DNA from: Gemmatimonadota bacterium
Lineage (GTDB): Bacteria > JBHIER01 > G020348925
Assembly: GCA_020348925.1 (NCBI GenBank)
Contig: CP070758.1
Location: forward strand, 700,469 to 764,468
Reading direction: 5' to 3'
Length of the DNA stretch: 64,000 bases
Positions 52,487-63,452 of this stretch are shown here, piece by piece. A program made the translations under genes and the position numbers. The stretch's first letter is position 1; each line of letters starts with the position of its first letter. Below the pieces are notes generated by a model. It ran no database searches. It was not told the DNA's origin and was given only the letters and a program-made list of their open reading frames with translations.

Positions 52487-53278
52487 ATGGCGATGATCAG
52501 AAAAATAAACCAACAAACAATCGTATCTTGGGCCATGTCCCTTGCTGTGCACACCCTTATTCTGGTCTTTCTTTTGATTATTAAAGTATACATTTCTCCC
52601 GAAATACCGGAATACAGCGAGATGGATTTTGTCTCCGTGCCTACGGTCACGAGTCCAGCGCATGCCCAAGTTCCACCTGTTTCAACTCCTTCTGCAGAGG
52701 AAATACCGCAAGTCAAGCTTAACGAGGAGCCTGAGAACCTTGTTCTCCCCAAGATGAAACACCTGCTTGATGAGCAACCAGAATTGATTGAGAAAAAAAT
52801 AGAAAAGGTTGCTCCGACGGAAAAACCCTTTGGCGGTAAAGTGGAACCATCTGCCATTACTCCTGAGCGAGAGGAGAGCTACCCGGTTGCACAGAAAACA
52901 AGTGCAGATCAGAAGCCCACACCTGATGCTCAAAGATTGGTGTTGAGTGAAAAAACTTTGACAGGAACCGATGAAGAAACAGGAGAATCAAGGGATCGGC
53001 CCTATACGATAGAAGGGGCGGCCTCAACCCGCCAGGTCATTACTGAGGTCTTACCTGAGTATCCTCCAGGTTTGAACAAAGAGGCGGTCATCAAAATCCG
53101 ATTCACCGTGCTTCCCAACGGTACAGTGGGCGAGATGGTTCCCATTCTCAAGGGAGACACAACTCTCGAAGAGCTTACTATGAAAGCCTTCCGCCAGTGG
53201 CGGTTCAATCATCTCCCCCCCGACCTGCCCCAGGAGCCCCAGTCCGGCGTCATCACCTTTCGGTATATCCTGAAATAA
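52487..53278 (+). CDS. Energy transducer TonB family protein
   Basis: N-terminal TM with SLAVH, Pro/Glu-rich linker, C-terminal LPEYP...IRFTVLPNGTV...AFRQWRF...GVITFRY. Confidence 0.85.
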   Translation: MAMIRKINQQTIVSWAMSLAVHTLILVFLLIIKVYISPEIPEYSEMDFVSVPTVTSPAHAQVPPVSTPSAEEIPQVKLNEEPENLVLPKMKHLLDEQPELIEKKIEKVAPTEKPFGGKVEPSAITPEREESYPVAQKTSADQKPTPDAQRLVLSEKTLTGTDEETGESRDRPYTIEGAASTRQVITEVLPEYPPGLNKEAVIKIRFTVLPNGTVGEMVPILKGDTTLEELTMKAFRQWRFNHLPPDLPQEPQSGVITFRYILK

Positions 53279-53855
53279 TCTCGATCCCCCTGTATCCCTC
53301 TTCGGAAAAGGGGATTGTTTCCCTGCATCTTCAAATAAGAGTTGGGGAGGATTCGTTCTTTCCTTTCAAAGCAAGGTTCGAACGAAAGCGCGGAGTGCAA
53401 TGATTTATCATTGCTATGTTTCTATGTATTGTAACTATACATCGTTTCACTCCTAATTCCCTTCAAAACATATTGGCAGTACCCTTACTTCCTCCGGAAT
53501 GTGACGCTCGTCACGGATTGAACCGGATGATACATCACCCTGACATGTCATTCAAAAGAGATGGTGACTCTCTCATTTTTCATACTCCTCTCAAAATTTC
53601 ACAGAAAACCAAAACAAAAACCGGATATTTTTGTCTAATTGAGTACGACGTTCATGGGAGAATGACAGGTCCCTGTCTTCGGGACAAAACATTTGCCTAC
53701 AACAGAATATGAAATAACACATGAGGAAGTTCGGTGACCTGATTGGGACAGGTCAGGTTTTACCTTCCCTTGGACGATATCTCATAGAGAGAATCGTTCA
53801 CCAATCACAGGCAGCGGGATGCATACTCTTTCATAACAGACAAGGAGAAATTGTT

Positions 53856-56633
53856 ATGAAAACAGTGATCATGACATCTCTCATCGCTGCTCTCTTTTGG
53901 TTCATTCCCAAATACGGATTGCATGCGGAAGATGTCCCATTCGAAGGAAATATTCTTGATCGAATCTTGTTGTGTACGCATGGTCAGGACCGACAGCAGG
54001 ATACTTTCCTGGAAGAAGAATTTTCCATGTGGGCTGAGGAGCAGCCTCCGTGGACTGATCCGAGGGATCTTTTGACAAAACACCCGACTATCTCAGAGTT
54101 TGTATATTCAGGCGTGGCAAGAGGGTCCCTTCACCGCCGCTCTTTTCAATCCTGTTATCGCCCGATAACACCGGAGGATATGGAGACCGCATGGGTGAGT
54201 CACTACGCATCAGGGCTCCTGCCGAGCCAGGATGTGGCGACGGCCATAGCCGTTGACGGTGCCGGCAATGTTTATGTGACCGGTTACAGTTCAAATCCAC
54301 CCTTTGGAATGGACTACATTACAGTGAAGTACGGTCCCACAGCCAGCCTGTTATGGGCTGCTCGGTATAATGGCGATGGCAACGACGACGATTTTGCCAG
54401 GGCCGTCCATGTGGACCGGTCCGGCAATGTCTATGTAACAGGGACGAGCTGGGGTGGAGAGACAGGCGCTGACTATGCCACCGTGAAATATAATTCTGAA
54501 GGAGTTCAACTCTGGGTCGCCCGCTATAATGGGCCCGAAGATTCAATGGATGAAGCCAACGCCTTAGTAACCGACACCAATGGGAACGTTTATGTGACTG
54601 GAAATGCCGCTACGATCAAATATAACGAATATGGCAGGCAGGAATGGATGAGCGACTGCACGGGCGATGCCATTATCCTTGATAATTCCGGAAACGTCTG
54701 TGTGACCGGAGAAAATGAGCATTACACCACTGTAAAATTCGGTACGGATGGAATACGTAAGTGGATGGCCCATTTTGGCGGGCAAGGGGGTGGTGACAAC
54801 GTGGCGACGGCCATGGTCGGTGATGACGATGGAAATGTCTATCTCACCGGATACTGTTATGACACAAAAACATTGTACGATTATGTCACTATGAAATATA
54901 ACTCAAGTGGTGAAAAACAGTGGACATCCCGCTACAACGGGCCGGAAAATTCTTACGACAAGCCAACGGCTCTGGCTGTTGACGACTCGGGAAACGTATA
55001 TGTGACCGGTAAATGCGGAGGAACGGATACTGGGACTGACTACGTTACGATAAAATACGATGCGGGGGGTATTCAACAATGGGTCGTTTCGTATGACGGG
55101 CCCAAAGGCCGGTACGATATTCCATCGGCATTGGCCATTGATAACTCAGGCAACGTCTTTGTGACAGGAGGATGCGAAGTGCCGGGGTGCGGTTACGACT
55201 ACGCCACGCTCAAGTATACCCCCAATGGTGAGGAGGCGTGGATCACCCACTTTAATGGAACCGGAAACGACAACGATAAAGCCACTGCCCTGACCGTCGA
55301 TGATGCGGGCAACGTTTACGTGACAGGGCATAGTATCGGTTCAAAAACCGGCAACGATTTTGGCACGATCAAGTATAGTCCGGAAGGTGACAGGGAGTGG
55401 GTGGTTCGCTATAATGGATCCCGAAACTGCTGGGATGAGGCGACCGCACTCACCGTTGACGGTTCCGGCAACATTTATGTTACCGGAAAGAGCCTCAGTC
55501 CCTCGACAAGCTATGATTATGCCACGGTCAAATACAACGAGGATGGCTTTCAACAGTGGGCAGCCCGCTACAACGGGCCTGGAAATCTGCTGGATTACGC
55601 CACTGCCATTGCCGTTGATAACTCCGGCAATATCTATGTTACCGGTTACAGCAAACGATCTGATACCGCCTATGATTATCTCACGGTCGGATACAGCGCT
55701 GTGGGTCTCGAGCGATGGGTGGACCGTTACAACGGTTCCGGCAATTTCCTGGACTACCCCACTGCCATCGCCGTTGATGGCTCAGGGAACATTTACGTCA
55801 CGGGATATGGGAAGGGTTTGGTCACATGGTACGACTATACGACCATAAAATATGACGCGACCGGAACCCGACAATGGATCGCACGGTACCATGGTCTCGG
55901 GAATCACGAGGACAGAGCCTTCGCCATGGCTGTGGATACATACGGGAACGTCTACGTCACCGGGGGAAGTTGTGGACCAGGTACGCTGTATGACTTTGCA
56001 ACCGTTTCTTACAATGGCGACGGAGACCAGCAATGGGTGGCCCGGTACGATGGCCCTGGAATATCCGAGGACGCTGCAACTGCCCTGGCCATTGACGATT
56101 CTGGAAACACATATGTGACAGGATACAGTGGAAATTCGGAGACAGGACACGATTATGTCACGATCAAATACACCCCGGACGGCCTCCAGGAGTGGGTCGC
56201 CCGGTACAGCGGCCCGGGCAGGGGGAGTGATATTCCATCCGCCATCGCGGTCGGTGATTCAGGCTGCGTCCACGTGACGGGGATGAGCGAAGCCGCGGCG
56301 GCATCGTACGATTACGCCACAGTGAAATACAGTCCAGACGGTGTTCAGGAGTGGGTCGCCCGCTACAGTGGGGTTGGAAGTACCGATGACCGGGCCACGG
56401 GTTTGGTCGTAGATGGTGCAGGCAACGTCTTTGTGACGGGCAACTCCGCCACGATTAAATATAATTGCGATGGAACCGAGGAATGGACCACCACAGGTGG
56501 AATCTCCATAGCTGTGGATGCCTCGGAAAATGTGTATGTTGTCAGAAACTATAGAGGTTCTGGTTGGGCCATGCACGCTACGACGAAGTATGTTCCGTCT
56601 TCAGTCTCAGTTGCGGCGCAGGAGGAAACCGAA
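53856..56633 (+). CDS. Secreted SBBP-like repeat protein, 16 blades (3' truncated)
   Basis: RBS AAGGAG, signal peptide, and 16 counted copies of (A)IAVD.SGN(V/I)YVTG...DY.T.KY...G...W..RY.G. Confidence 0.9.
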
Positions 56634-56733
56634 NNNNNNNNNNNNNNNNNNNNNNNNNNNNNNNNNNNNNNNNNNNNNNNNNNNNNNNNNNNNNNNNNNN
56701 NNNNNNNNNNNNNNNNNNNNNNNNNNNNNNNNN

Positions 56734-57502
56734 CCACAATATCGCTTTTTCGAAAAGCGCCGCTCAATTTTTCGGCAATGAATCGTAACGCTCGATCCCC
56801 TTCAACGTGGCGGTACGTGTCATTGAAAAATTTAAAGCGATCGACATCTATGATCATTACCGAAAGATATTTCATCTGTCGCTGCTCTTCTCCGTGGACG
56901 GTCTCACAGAATGCATCGATCTCCCTTCGCAACATGAGATCAAAGAACTGTCTGTTATACAAACCTGTGAGTCCATCCAAATTTGATATGTGTTTGACTT
57001 CTTTCCCTTTGATAACCTGAGAAACCAAAGCTTTCACAAATATTCCCTGTGTTTGAGGCTGAGGTATAAAATAGAAGGCACCGCAGTCTATTGCCTCGAT
57101 AGCCTCATCCTGAAATATCTGATCGGACAGGACAATGACTTCCGCCTCCGGATCGACCTTCTTAATTCTTTTGAGCAACTTGAGACCGACTTCCTTTGAA
57201 GGCACGGCTGCCTCATCCTTCGGAACAAACAGATTCAGCAAAACAACATCCTGATGATGATGTTCCCAGTGGCTTGCATAATCCAGAAGGGAATCGGCCG
57301 TTCGAAGGTGCAATTTCCGCGCAACCCTCGCATCACTCCCTGTCGGCCCAAATTCTATCTTGCCCAAGTACTCTCTGTATCGGACACCAACTGAGTGATT
57401 TTCCTCGTGCTCCTGCACCACACCATTGAAGAGCCTTACAAAAGACTCCTGAACAGTTCTGTCACTGTGAACAATCAAAAGATTATATTCGAATTCCGCC
57501 AT
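56734..57502 (-). CDS. Receiver-like domain plus GGDEF diguanylate cyclase domain (3' truncated before the GGDEF motif)
   Basis: DGLTGLYNR...LSVMIIDVDRFKFFNDTYRHVEGDRAL...FRKSDIV, preceded by a degenerate REC fold (EVIVLS...EAIDCGAFYFI). Confidence 0.85.
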
Positions 57503-57882
57503 TCTCTATAACAACCATCCCTCGTAAGCTCTTACCCACCTCCCCCAATCATGCTCTGACAGTATTCGGGTCAGTAACGATCACACGGCACGGACCTTCC
57601 CAAAGCGCCTGCGCCGACGTCTGAGATCGACTCGATGGTCCTCCTTTGTATGGGGCCCAACATATCCTCAGGGAATATCTTCTTGTTTTCAAGCTAATTC
57701 TTGAATTCGAAACCCGCTTGGCAAAGCTTGGGCAACCATCTCAGCCCGTGGCTGGAGGCGATCACACAGTAAGCTGTGCTGACCTGCTCACAAATTATAT
57801 GATGCAGAAATAAAAAGAGTGTACCAGTAAAATTACTATCTCCCACGCTGAGCGATTTTTCAGAAGAATGGTAGCGCATGGA

Positions 57883-57990
57883 TCATTCTGAAAGGAGCCA
57901 TTCGTTTCGCTCAGGGGAGATCCCGCAAAGCGAAGAACCTCACTCATGAAGTAAGAGATTCTTCGCCTGATACATCGGACTCAGAATGAC
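57883..57990. repeat. REP-like nested palindromic intergenic element
   Basis: Outer arms TCATTCTGA...TCAGAATGA; inner arms GCGAAGAACCTC...GAGATTCTTCGC. Confidence 0.6.
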
Positions 57991-58086
57991 ATGTATGCAT
58001 ATTGTTTGCCCAGAATCGATCAATTTAGGATTTCGATAATTTCAAGTGGCTTTGTTGTCCCTCCGGATTGAAGATGACAGTCGAAC

Positions 58087-59300
58087 CTACTTGATTATTT
58101 TCACGATCTCAATTTCAGCCCTACGGTTTTTCACCCGCTCCTCAGGAGTATTGTTCCACTCCCAGACCTCAGTCGTATCACGCGTGGGTGCTTTCCCCAG
58201 CCCCCTGAGCCCGTATGAAAAGAAAACCCCATAACCGCTGACGGTGGGATCGCATTCAAGCCAACGGCCGAGCTTTGTGTCCTCTTCGTCAGGCCAGAAA
58301 TTTTTCATCAATTTGATGTAATTTCTGAAATTTCTCTCTGTCCGAATTGCCCGGAGTATTGACAGTCGCTGGTTTCTCTCAGGACTGCCGACGATGCAGG
58401 TGTGCCCGGATGCATCCACGGATATTATTTTCATGTCTCTATTGTCAATATTGTCGACAAGTATCCTGGCCAGATCCTGTGTGCGCAGCTCCAGATAAGA
58501 GGACAGCGGGTTATCCTCGTCAAAGACGCAGTGGACAATGACATAGACATCGTGTTCTTCCACGGTCACGGCCTCTTTTTCTATTGTCAGGAAATCTTGA
58601 ATCGTATCGGCAACGACCTGACAAGCACTGTCAGACAAAATGACTTCCAAGTCAAATGTCTGTTTATCAACGGAGCATATGTTGAGTTCGTTCCAATCCC
58701 ATTCTATTTCTCTCCAGATTGAATCCCGTCCAGTATTAATTTCAATTCCGATTTTGCTGAAATCCAGCTTGCCGATATTCCAGATCCATTCGGTGGAAAC
58801 CGTGTAAAAGGTATCAGGGTAGTCAAAAAAGATGTCATCCTGACCAAAGGTCATCAACACAGTCCCTTCAGAATTTAAAAGGTTGATGTGCAGATCCCTC
58901 GTTCCCGCCGAGCTCAGAATCTTGAACGTTGCCTTCCCATCATCTTGTGAGATGATTTGAAACTGGTATCGAGCCCTAATCGGCTCGAACAGGATCGGAT
59001 CTCCGCTGACCATCAGGCGCACCGGTTGCGCAGCGGTTGTGCAGGCGTATGTCCGGATATACACTTTTGTTGAAAGATCATAATTATCGTCGTCTTGCCG
59101 GCATGGGTCATCCTCTTTGATGATGGTCTCTCGAGGAAGCGTTGACATATCCGGCCATTGGAGGTATTGCCGCCTTTCCCCGTCTATTTCTTTTAAAACA
59201 TGAAACTCTTCGCTTTGCCACTTTTTCAACAGGGTGTCTATTTCCGCCCATTTCTCAGGCATGATATGGGCGGTTCTATCGGGAGGGATCCTCCAGGGTA
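58087..59300 (-). CDS. Hypothetical protein with a divergent OmpA-like C-terminal domain (5' truncated)
   Basis: SGHTCIVGSPERNQRLSILRA...GLG...NNTPEERVKNRRAEIEI. Confidence 0.7.
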
Positions 59301-59400
59301 NNNNNNNNNNNNNNNNNNNNNNNNNNNNNNNNNNNNNNNNNNNNNNNNNNNNNNNNNNNNNNNNNNNNNNNNNNNNNNNNNNNNNNNNNNNNNNNNNNNN

Positions 59401-59469
59401 CGTATGAGGTAGTCCCTCACGTACGGATCTGTGCGGGGGGTGCCGGGCAACCGGCATTCCTACCGCGAC
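59401..59469 (+). mobile_element. Group II intron 3' end (domains V and VI)
   Basis: CGTATGAGGTAGTCCCTCACGTACGGATC forms DV, with its first bases lost at the contig edge. TGTGCGGGGGGTGCCGGGCAACCGGCATTCCTACCGCGAC forms DVI with a bulged A and terminal AC. Confidence 0.88.
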
Positions 59470-59847
59470 TCAAATGCCATTTTCGCAAGAGCTATCCATT
59501 CGTCAGAATAGTATTTCATGAATGAATCAGTTTAGAAGATTTAGGATGAGAATGTGACTTATTACTTGGGTGTTACATAGCTTGCAGCTCAGGATGTCAT
59601 TCTGATTAGATTGACGATTCTGATCTGAAAACGGTCGTTTTAAGGTGGAAAACAAAGCAGTTTTTTTGGTCTAATACATTTTTAAGGGTTGACCCCAATT
59701 GAGACTCATTCCTGCCACGGGAAATTGAATAACGGGTTTCCCACAACAATGAAGAGAATCACAACCAAAGGAATCATGATTTATCAAAATTCATAACAGA
59801 TACTACTTACATAAAGGTACCAAATGATACCTTTAGACTGCTCGTAA

Positions 59848-60774
59848 TTATTCTTCGAATAAATCAGTGCTGAGATACCTTTCTCCCGTATCGGGCAACA
59901 CCACGACAACCGTTTTTCCTCTTCTCAGTTCTTTGGCCACCGTAAGTGCCACCCACGCGGCGGCTCCCGAAGAAATACCCACCAACAGTCCTTCCTCCTT
60001 TGCCAGTCTTCTCGCTGTAGCAGTGGCATTTTCGCTTGTCACCTGAATAATTCGATCAATCACATCCCTAATGAGAACATCTGGAACAAATCCTGCGCCG
60101 ATTCCCTGGATCTTGTGAGGTCCGGGTTTTCCTCCTGAAAGCACAGGGGAATCGGCAGGTTCGACAGCAATGATCCGTATGTTTGGGATTTCTTTCTTCA
60201 GAACCTCACCCACACCTGTGACCGTACCCCCTGTGCCGATACCGGAGACGAAGGCATTGATATTGCTTCCGAATTGTTCCAATATCTCCATAGCGGTTGT
60301 CCTCCGGTGAACCTCCGGATTGGCAGGATTTTTAAACTGTTGAGGCATAAAATAGTCCTTGTTCTGGGCAAGAATTTTCTCGGCTTTTTTTACTGCGCCG
60401 GACATGCCCTCAGCCCCTGGTGTCAGGACAATTTCCGCACCAAATGCTTTGAGGAGCTTTCTGCGCTCCATACTCATGGTCTCCGGCATAGTCAGGACAA
60501 GTTTATATCCCTTACAGGCTGCTACCATTGCCAATCCAATTCCGGTGTTGCCGCTCGTGGGTTCAACGATAGTTGTCTCCGGGGTCAGAAGGCCGTCCCG
60601 TTCTGCGGCTAAAATCATGCTCAGGCAAATTCGGTCTTTCACACTGCCCTCTGGATTGAAGGATTCGAGTTTTGCCCAAATCTGAGCATCCTCCTCATCT
60701 GTTACTCTGTTCAACTTCACTACCGGCGTAGATCCTATCAGTTCCAGTATGTTATTGGCCGATCGAAGTGCCAT
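59848..60774 (-). CDS. cysK: Cysteine synthase A
   Basis: [51 protein letters not shown]. Confidence 0.97.
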   Translation of the reverse strand: MALRSANNILELIGSTPVVKLNRVTDEEDAQIWAKLESFNPEGSVKDRICLSMILAAERDGLLTPETTIVEPTSGNTGIGLAMVAACKGYKLVLTMPETMSMERRKLLKAFGAEIVLTPGAEGMSGAVKKAEKILAQNKDYFMPQQFKNPANPEVHRRTTAMEILEQFGSNINAFVSGIGTGGTVTGVGEVLKKEIPNIRIIAVEPADSPVLSGGKPGPHKIQGIGAGFVPDVLIRDVIDRIIQVTSENATATARRLAKEEGLLVGISSGAAAWVALTVAKELRRGKTVVVVLPDTGERYLSTDLFEE

Positions 60775-60943
60775 TTTTCTCCTCCTTTTTTATTTTCGTC
60801 AGCTTCACTCCTTTCTCCTGTCTGTGCGATGTATCTCCTATACTAGCCAGAATTTAATATGACGTTCTATATCTGTCCAAATTGTTCTGACGGGCCACAG
60901 TAGTAATATCTTGTCCTGCCAGAATCAACCCTGACCGTGAACC

Positions 60944-61384
60944 TTACGACACATACCCGCCAGTGATATATTTCTCAAGCTGATGGATCGTGAATTGTTG
61001 CTGTGAGATAATTTTTTTGACCACATCGCCTATAGTCAAGATGCCGATAAGCTGGTCATTTTCTAAGATGGGCAAGTGGCGGACATGTTTCGCTGTCATC
61101 AACACCATGCATTCCTCTATCGTCGTCTCCGGGATTACATACAAAACTGTCTGGGTCATAATTTCACTCACAGGTATGTCTTTGGACGATTTCCCTTCCA
61201 ATATTACCTTTCGGGCATAATCGCGCTCCGAAAAAATTCCAACAAGTTTACCTTCCTTTATAACGAGTAATCCTCCAATATCCTTGTCAGCCATCATCTG
61301 TAAGGCTTCATATACACGCGTCTCTGGTGTTACAGACCAGATCTCACTGGACTTGGATTCCAAGACTTGTTTGACGGTTGACAT
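60944..61384 (-). CDS. CBS-domain pair protein
   Basis: LVGIFSERDYARKV...MT...RHLPI...IGDVVK. Confidence 0.92.
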   Translation of the reverse strand: MSTVKQVLESKSSEIWSVTPETRVYEALQMMADKDIGGLLVIKEGKLVGIFSERDYARKVILEGKSSKDIPVSEIMTQTVLYVIPETTIEECMVLMTAKHVRHLPILENDQLIGILTIGDVVKKIISQQQFTIHQLEKYITGGYVS

Positions 61385-61459
61385 AATGTTCTGTTCCTCC
61401 TTTCTTCTTTATTTTGATACCCTCATCTTTTGCTAAAGAGGCTTTCAAAATATCAGACT

Positions 61460-62701
61460 TTAGTATCTGGGCGACTCGCAAGTATTAGTCGTCTCTTCGA
61501 TAGGGGAAAGAGTGACACCAGCGCGATCTCTTTTCTGCGACCATAACCATCTATGCCGAAGCCATCGAACAGATTTTTCCAGAAAAATTCCGACCAGAAC
61601 CCCAAATGTCATATTCCGAGTGAGTAATGAGATAAGTGCCACGACCAACATCGGCAGATACGCCTCTACTTCATGTTGGTCTCTCCCCAGTTTTACCATC
61701 GCCAAGGCATTGAAGAGAAGTAAGGTTCCTAGCAATGGTATGGGAATCAGGAATATGATGGTGTCAAGATAATGAACAAGCCCCACAAAGAGGAAGCCAA
61801 TCCCAAGTATCATAGTCGTTCCACCAGTACGGCCTCCAAATTTGTAATGAGCTCCAATTCCACCTGAGCCATGACAGATTGGAAAACCGCCAAGAAGACC
61901 CATACAGACATTGCTAATTCCAATAGAAGTAGCTAACCGTTTCGTAGTGACTTTCTGTGCTCGATTTTTAAAGAAGAGATGGGCAGCATCGTTGGCCGCA
62001 AACACAGCGTTTCCCAGAGTCAGTGGTAGTTGTGGTATTACGAGCAATATTAGAGCTGAACCCAGGAGATTCAAGCGAGGAAGGGTAATATTCAAGGTAT
62101 GATTACTGTGAGACAATTCTGAAATCGACGGCAAATAGAGAAGGCTGAATATCAAACCCAGTACCATGAGCACCAATGAACAGGGAAAACGTTTCCATCT
62201 CCATTGCGTCCCCGTCACAAAAACGGTTGAAACCACAACCACTCCAAGGCTAAGCTCAGTACTCGTGACAAATTCATTTAGAAAAAGTTTAGAAGTTGTT
62301 ATCATTTCCAGCGCTTTCCTCGCCAGTAACAAGCCTATTCCTACTTGCACACCACGTATAATGGGTATAGTAAATAGCTTCTGTAAAAAGTGTAAGCCTT
62401 TCATATGAGTTAGGGCTAAGAGTATGATCCCATAAATCAATGCAGCAGTAAAGACAATGTCCATATTGAGACCAGAGGCAATCGTAATTACAGCCATTAC
62501 CTTTAGGGGTTGAACTGAGATGGGTACTTTATAGTACCAGCCAGTGAATATATAAACCAAACCCCATAGGGAGAAAATGCCGAATGACGAGAACCGATTG
62601 CAGGTAATCAGGACGAAGGCCAACGGTAATGCAATACCCAAGTCACCCAAGGCACCAGCGAACTCACCCCAACCAAAGCTATTTTTTAATTTTGTTGACA
62701 T
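61460..62701 (-). CDS. Putative molybdate transporter (MOT1-like / sulfate-molybdate family)
   Basis: EFAGALGDLG, PISVQPLK, PQLPLTLGNAV, PICHGSGGIGAHYKFGGRTG, many TM helices. Lies downstream of moeA-mobB. Confidence 0.85.
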   Translation of the reverse strand: MSTKLKNSFGWGEFAGALGDLGIALPLAFVLITCNRFSSFGIFSLWGLVYIFTGWYYKVPISVQPLKVMAVITIASGLNMDIVFTAALIYGIILLALTHMKGLHFLQKLFTIPIIRGVQVGIGLLLARKALEMITTSKLFLNEFVTSTELSLGVVVVSTVFVTGTQWRWKRFPCSLVLMVLGLIFSLLYLPSISELSHSNHTLNITLPRLNLLGSALILLVIPQLPLTLGNAVFAANDAAHLFFKNRAQKVTTKRLATSIGISNVCMGLLGGFPICHGSGGIGAHYKFGGRTGGTTMILGIGFLFVGLVHYLDTIIFLIPIPLLGTLLLFNALAMVKLGRDQHEVEAYLPMLVVALISLLTRNMTFGVLVGIFLEKSVRWLRHRWLWSQKRDRAGVTLSPIEETTNTCESPRY

Positions 62702-62945
62702 ACGTCGTTCATATTTTGCTGATTTTTATTTCGCTATAGTAATCAGATAGCATAAATAAATCTTAGATCAATCTACTACTTTTGATCCTCCAAGTCCCAC
62801 ATGAGCGTCGAAAAGGCCCCGCATGGTTACATACAGTCTCCGAAAGGAATGAATCCAGCACTATTCCTTCCACTTCTTCCAGATTTTTTCTGAATTTGTG
62901 TTAAAGAAAGCAATTCATCACGTATCAAACATTTCAATACCCTTT

Positions 62946-63452
62946 CTATGGATAGTTGGCTAAAAACTGTTCCTCGATAAAACCCACAAGGCCATTAATA
63001 TTATCAAAATCAAACTGAGGAACATCGATCTCAAGTCGTGAATCACAAACCAAGGCGATTCTTTCACTCTTATTAATATCCAAGGGCTTTGCGTGAACGT
63101 CTGATCGAAAGCACTCTATTTTTGGCTTGTTTTGAGCCTTATATCCTTCTGTTATAACAATATCTACATCTTGAAAAAAATTTTTCACCATCTTGTCTAA
63201 AGGAAGCGAATTCCTTAGTTTTTTAATGAGAGCCAATTTTTTAGACGATGCGATAACCACCGTTTCACTTCCCGCCTGATAGTGTCGATATGTATCCTTC
63301 CCTTCATAATCAATCTCAAATCCATGAACATCATGTTTAATCGTCCCTACTCGGTAGCCCCGCTTCTTGAGTTCACTGACTATTTTTTCAATCAGCGTTG
63401 TCTTCCCGCTGTTCTTCTTACCGACGATGGAAACAACTGGAATTCTCATCAT
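62946..63452 (-). CDS. mobB: Molybdopterin-guanine dinucleotide biosynthesis protein B
   Basis: SIVGKKNSGKTTL, IKHDVHGFEID..GKDT, TEGYK. Confidence 0.95.
   Translation of the reverse strand: MMRIPVVSIVGKKNSGKTTLIEKIVSELKKRGYRVGTIKHDVHGFEIDYEGKDTYRHYQAGSETVVIASSKKLALIKKLRNSLPLDKMVKNFFQDVDIVITEGYKAQNKPKIECFRSDVHAKPLDINKSERIALVCDSRLEIDVPQFDFDNINGLVGFIEEQFLANYP

Noticed and set aside
53721-59457. Apparent SBBP-GGDEF overlap and the MPVARHPPHRSVR N-terminus on the OmpA-like ORF
   Set aside because: Both are chimeras across N gaps. The latter is the antisense translation of the group II intron end.
62702-62945. ATG TTT GAT ACG TGA TGA on the minus strand as a possible selenoprotein start
   Set aside because: Tandem TGA codons, a short frame, no recognisable SECIS hairpin and no homology.
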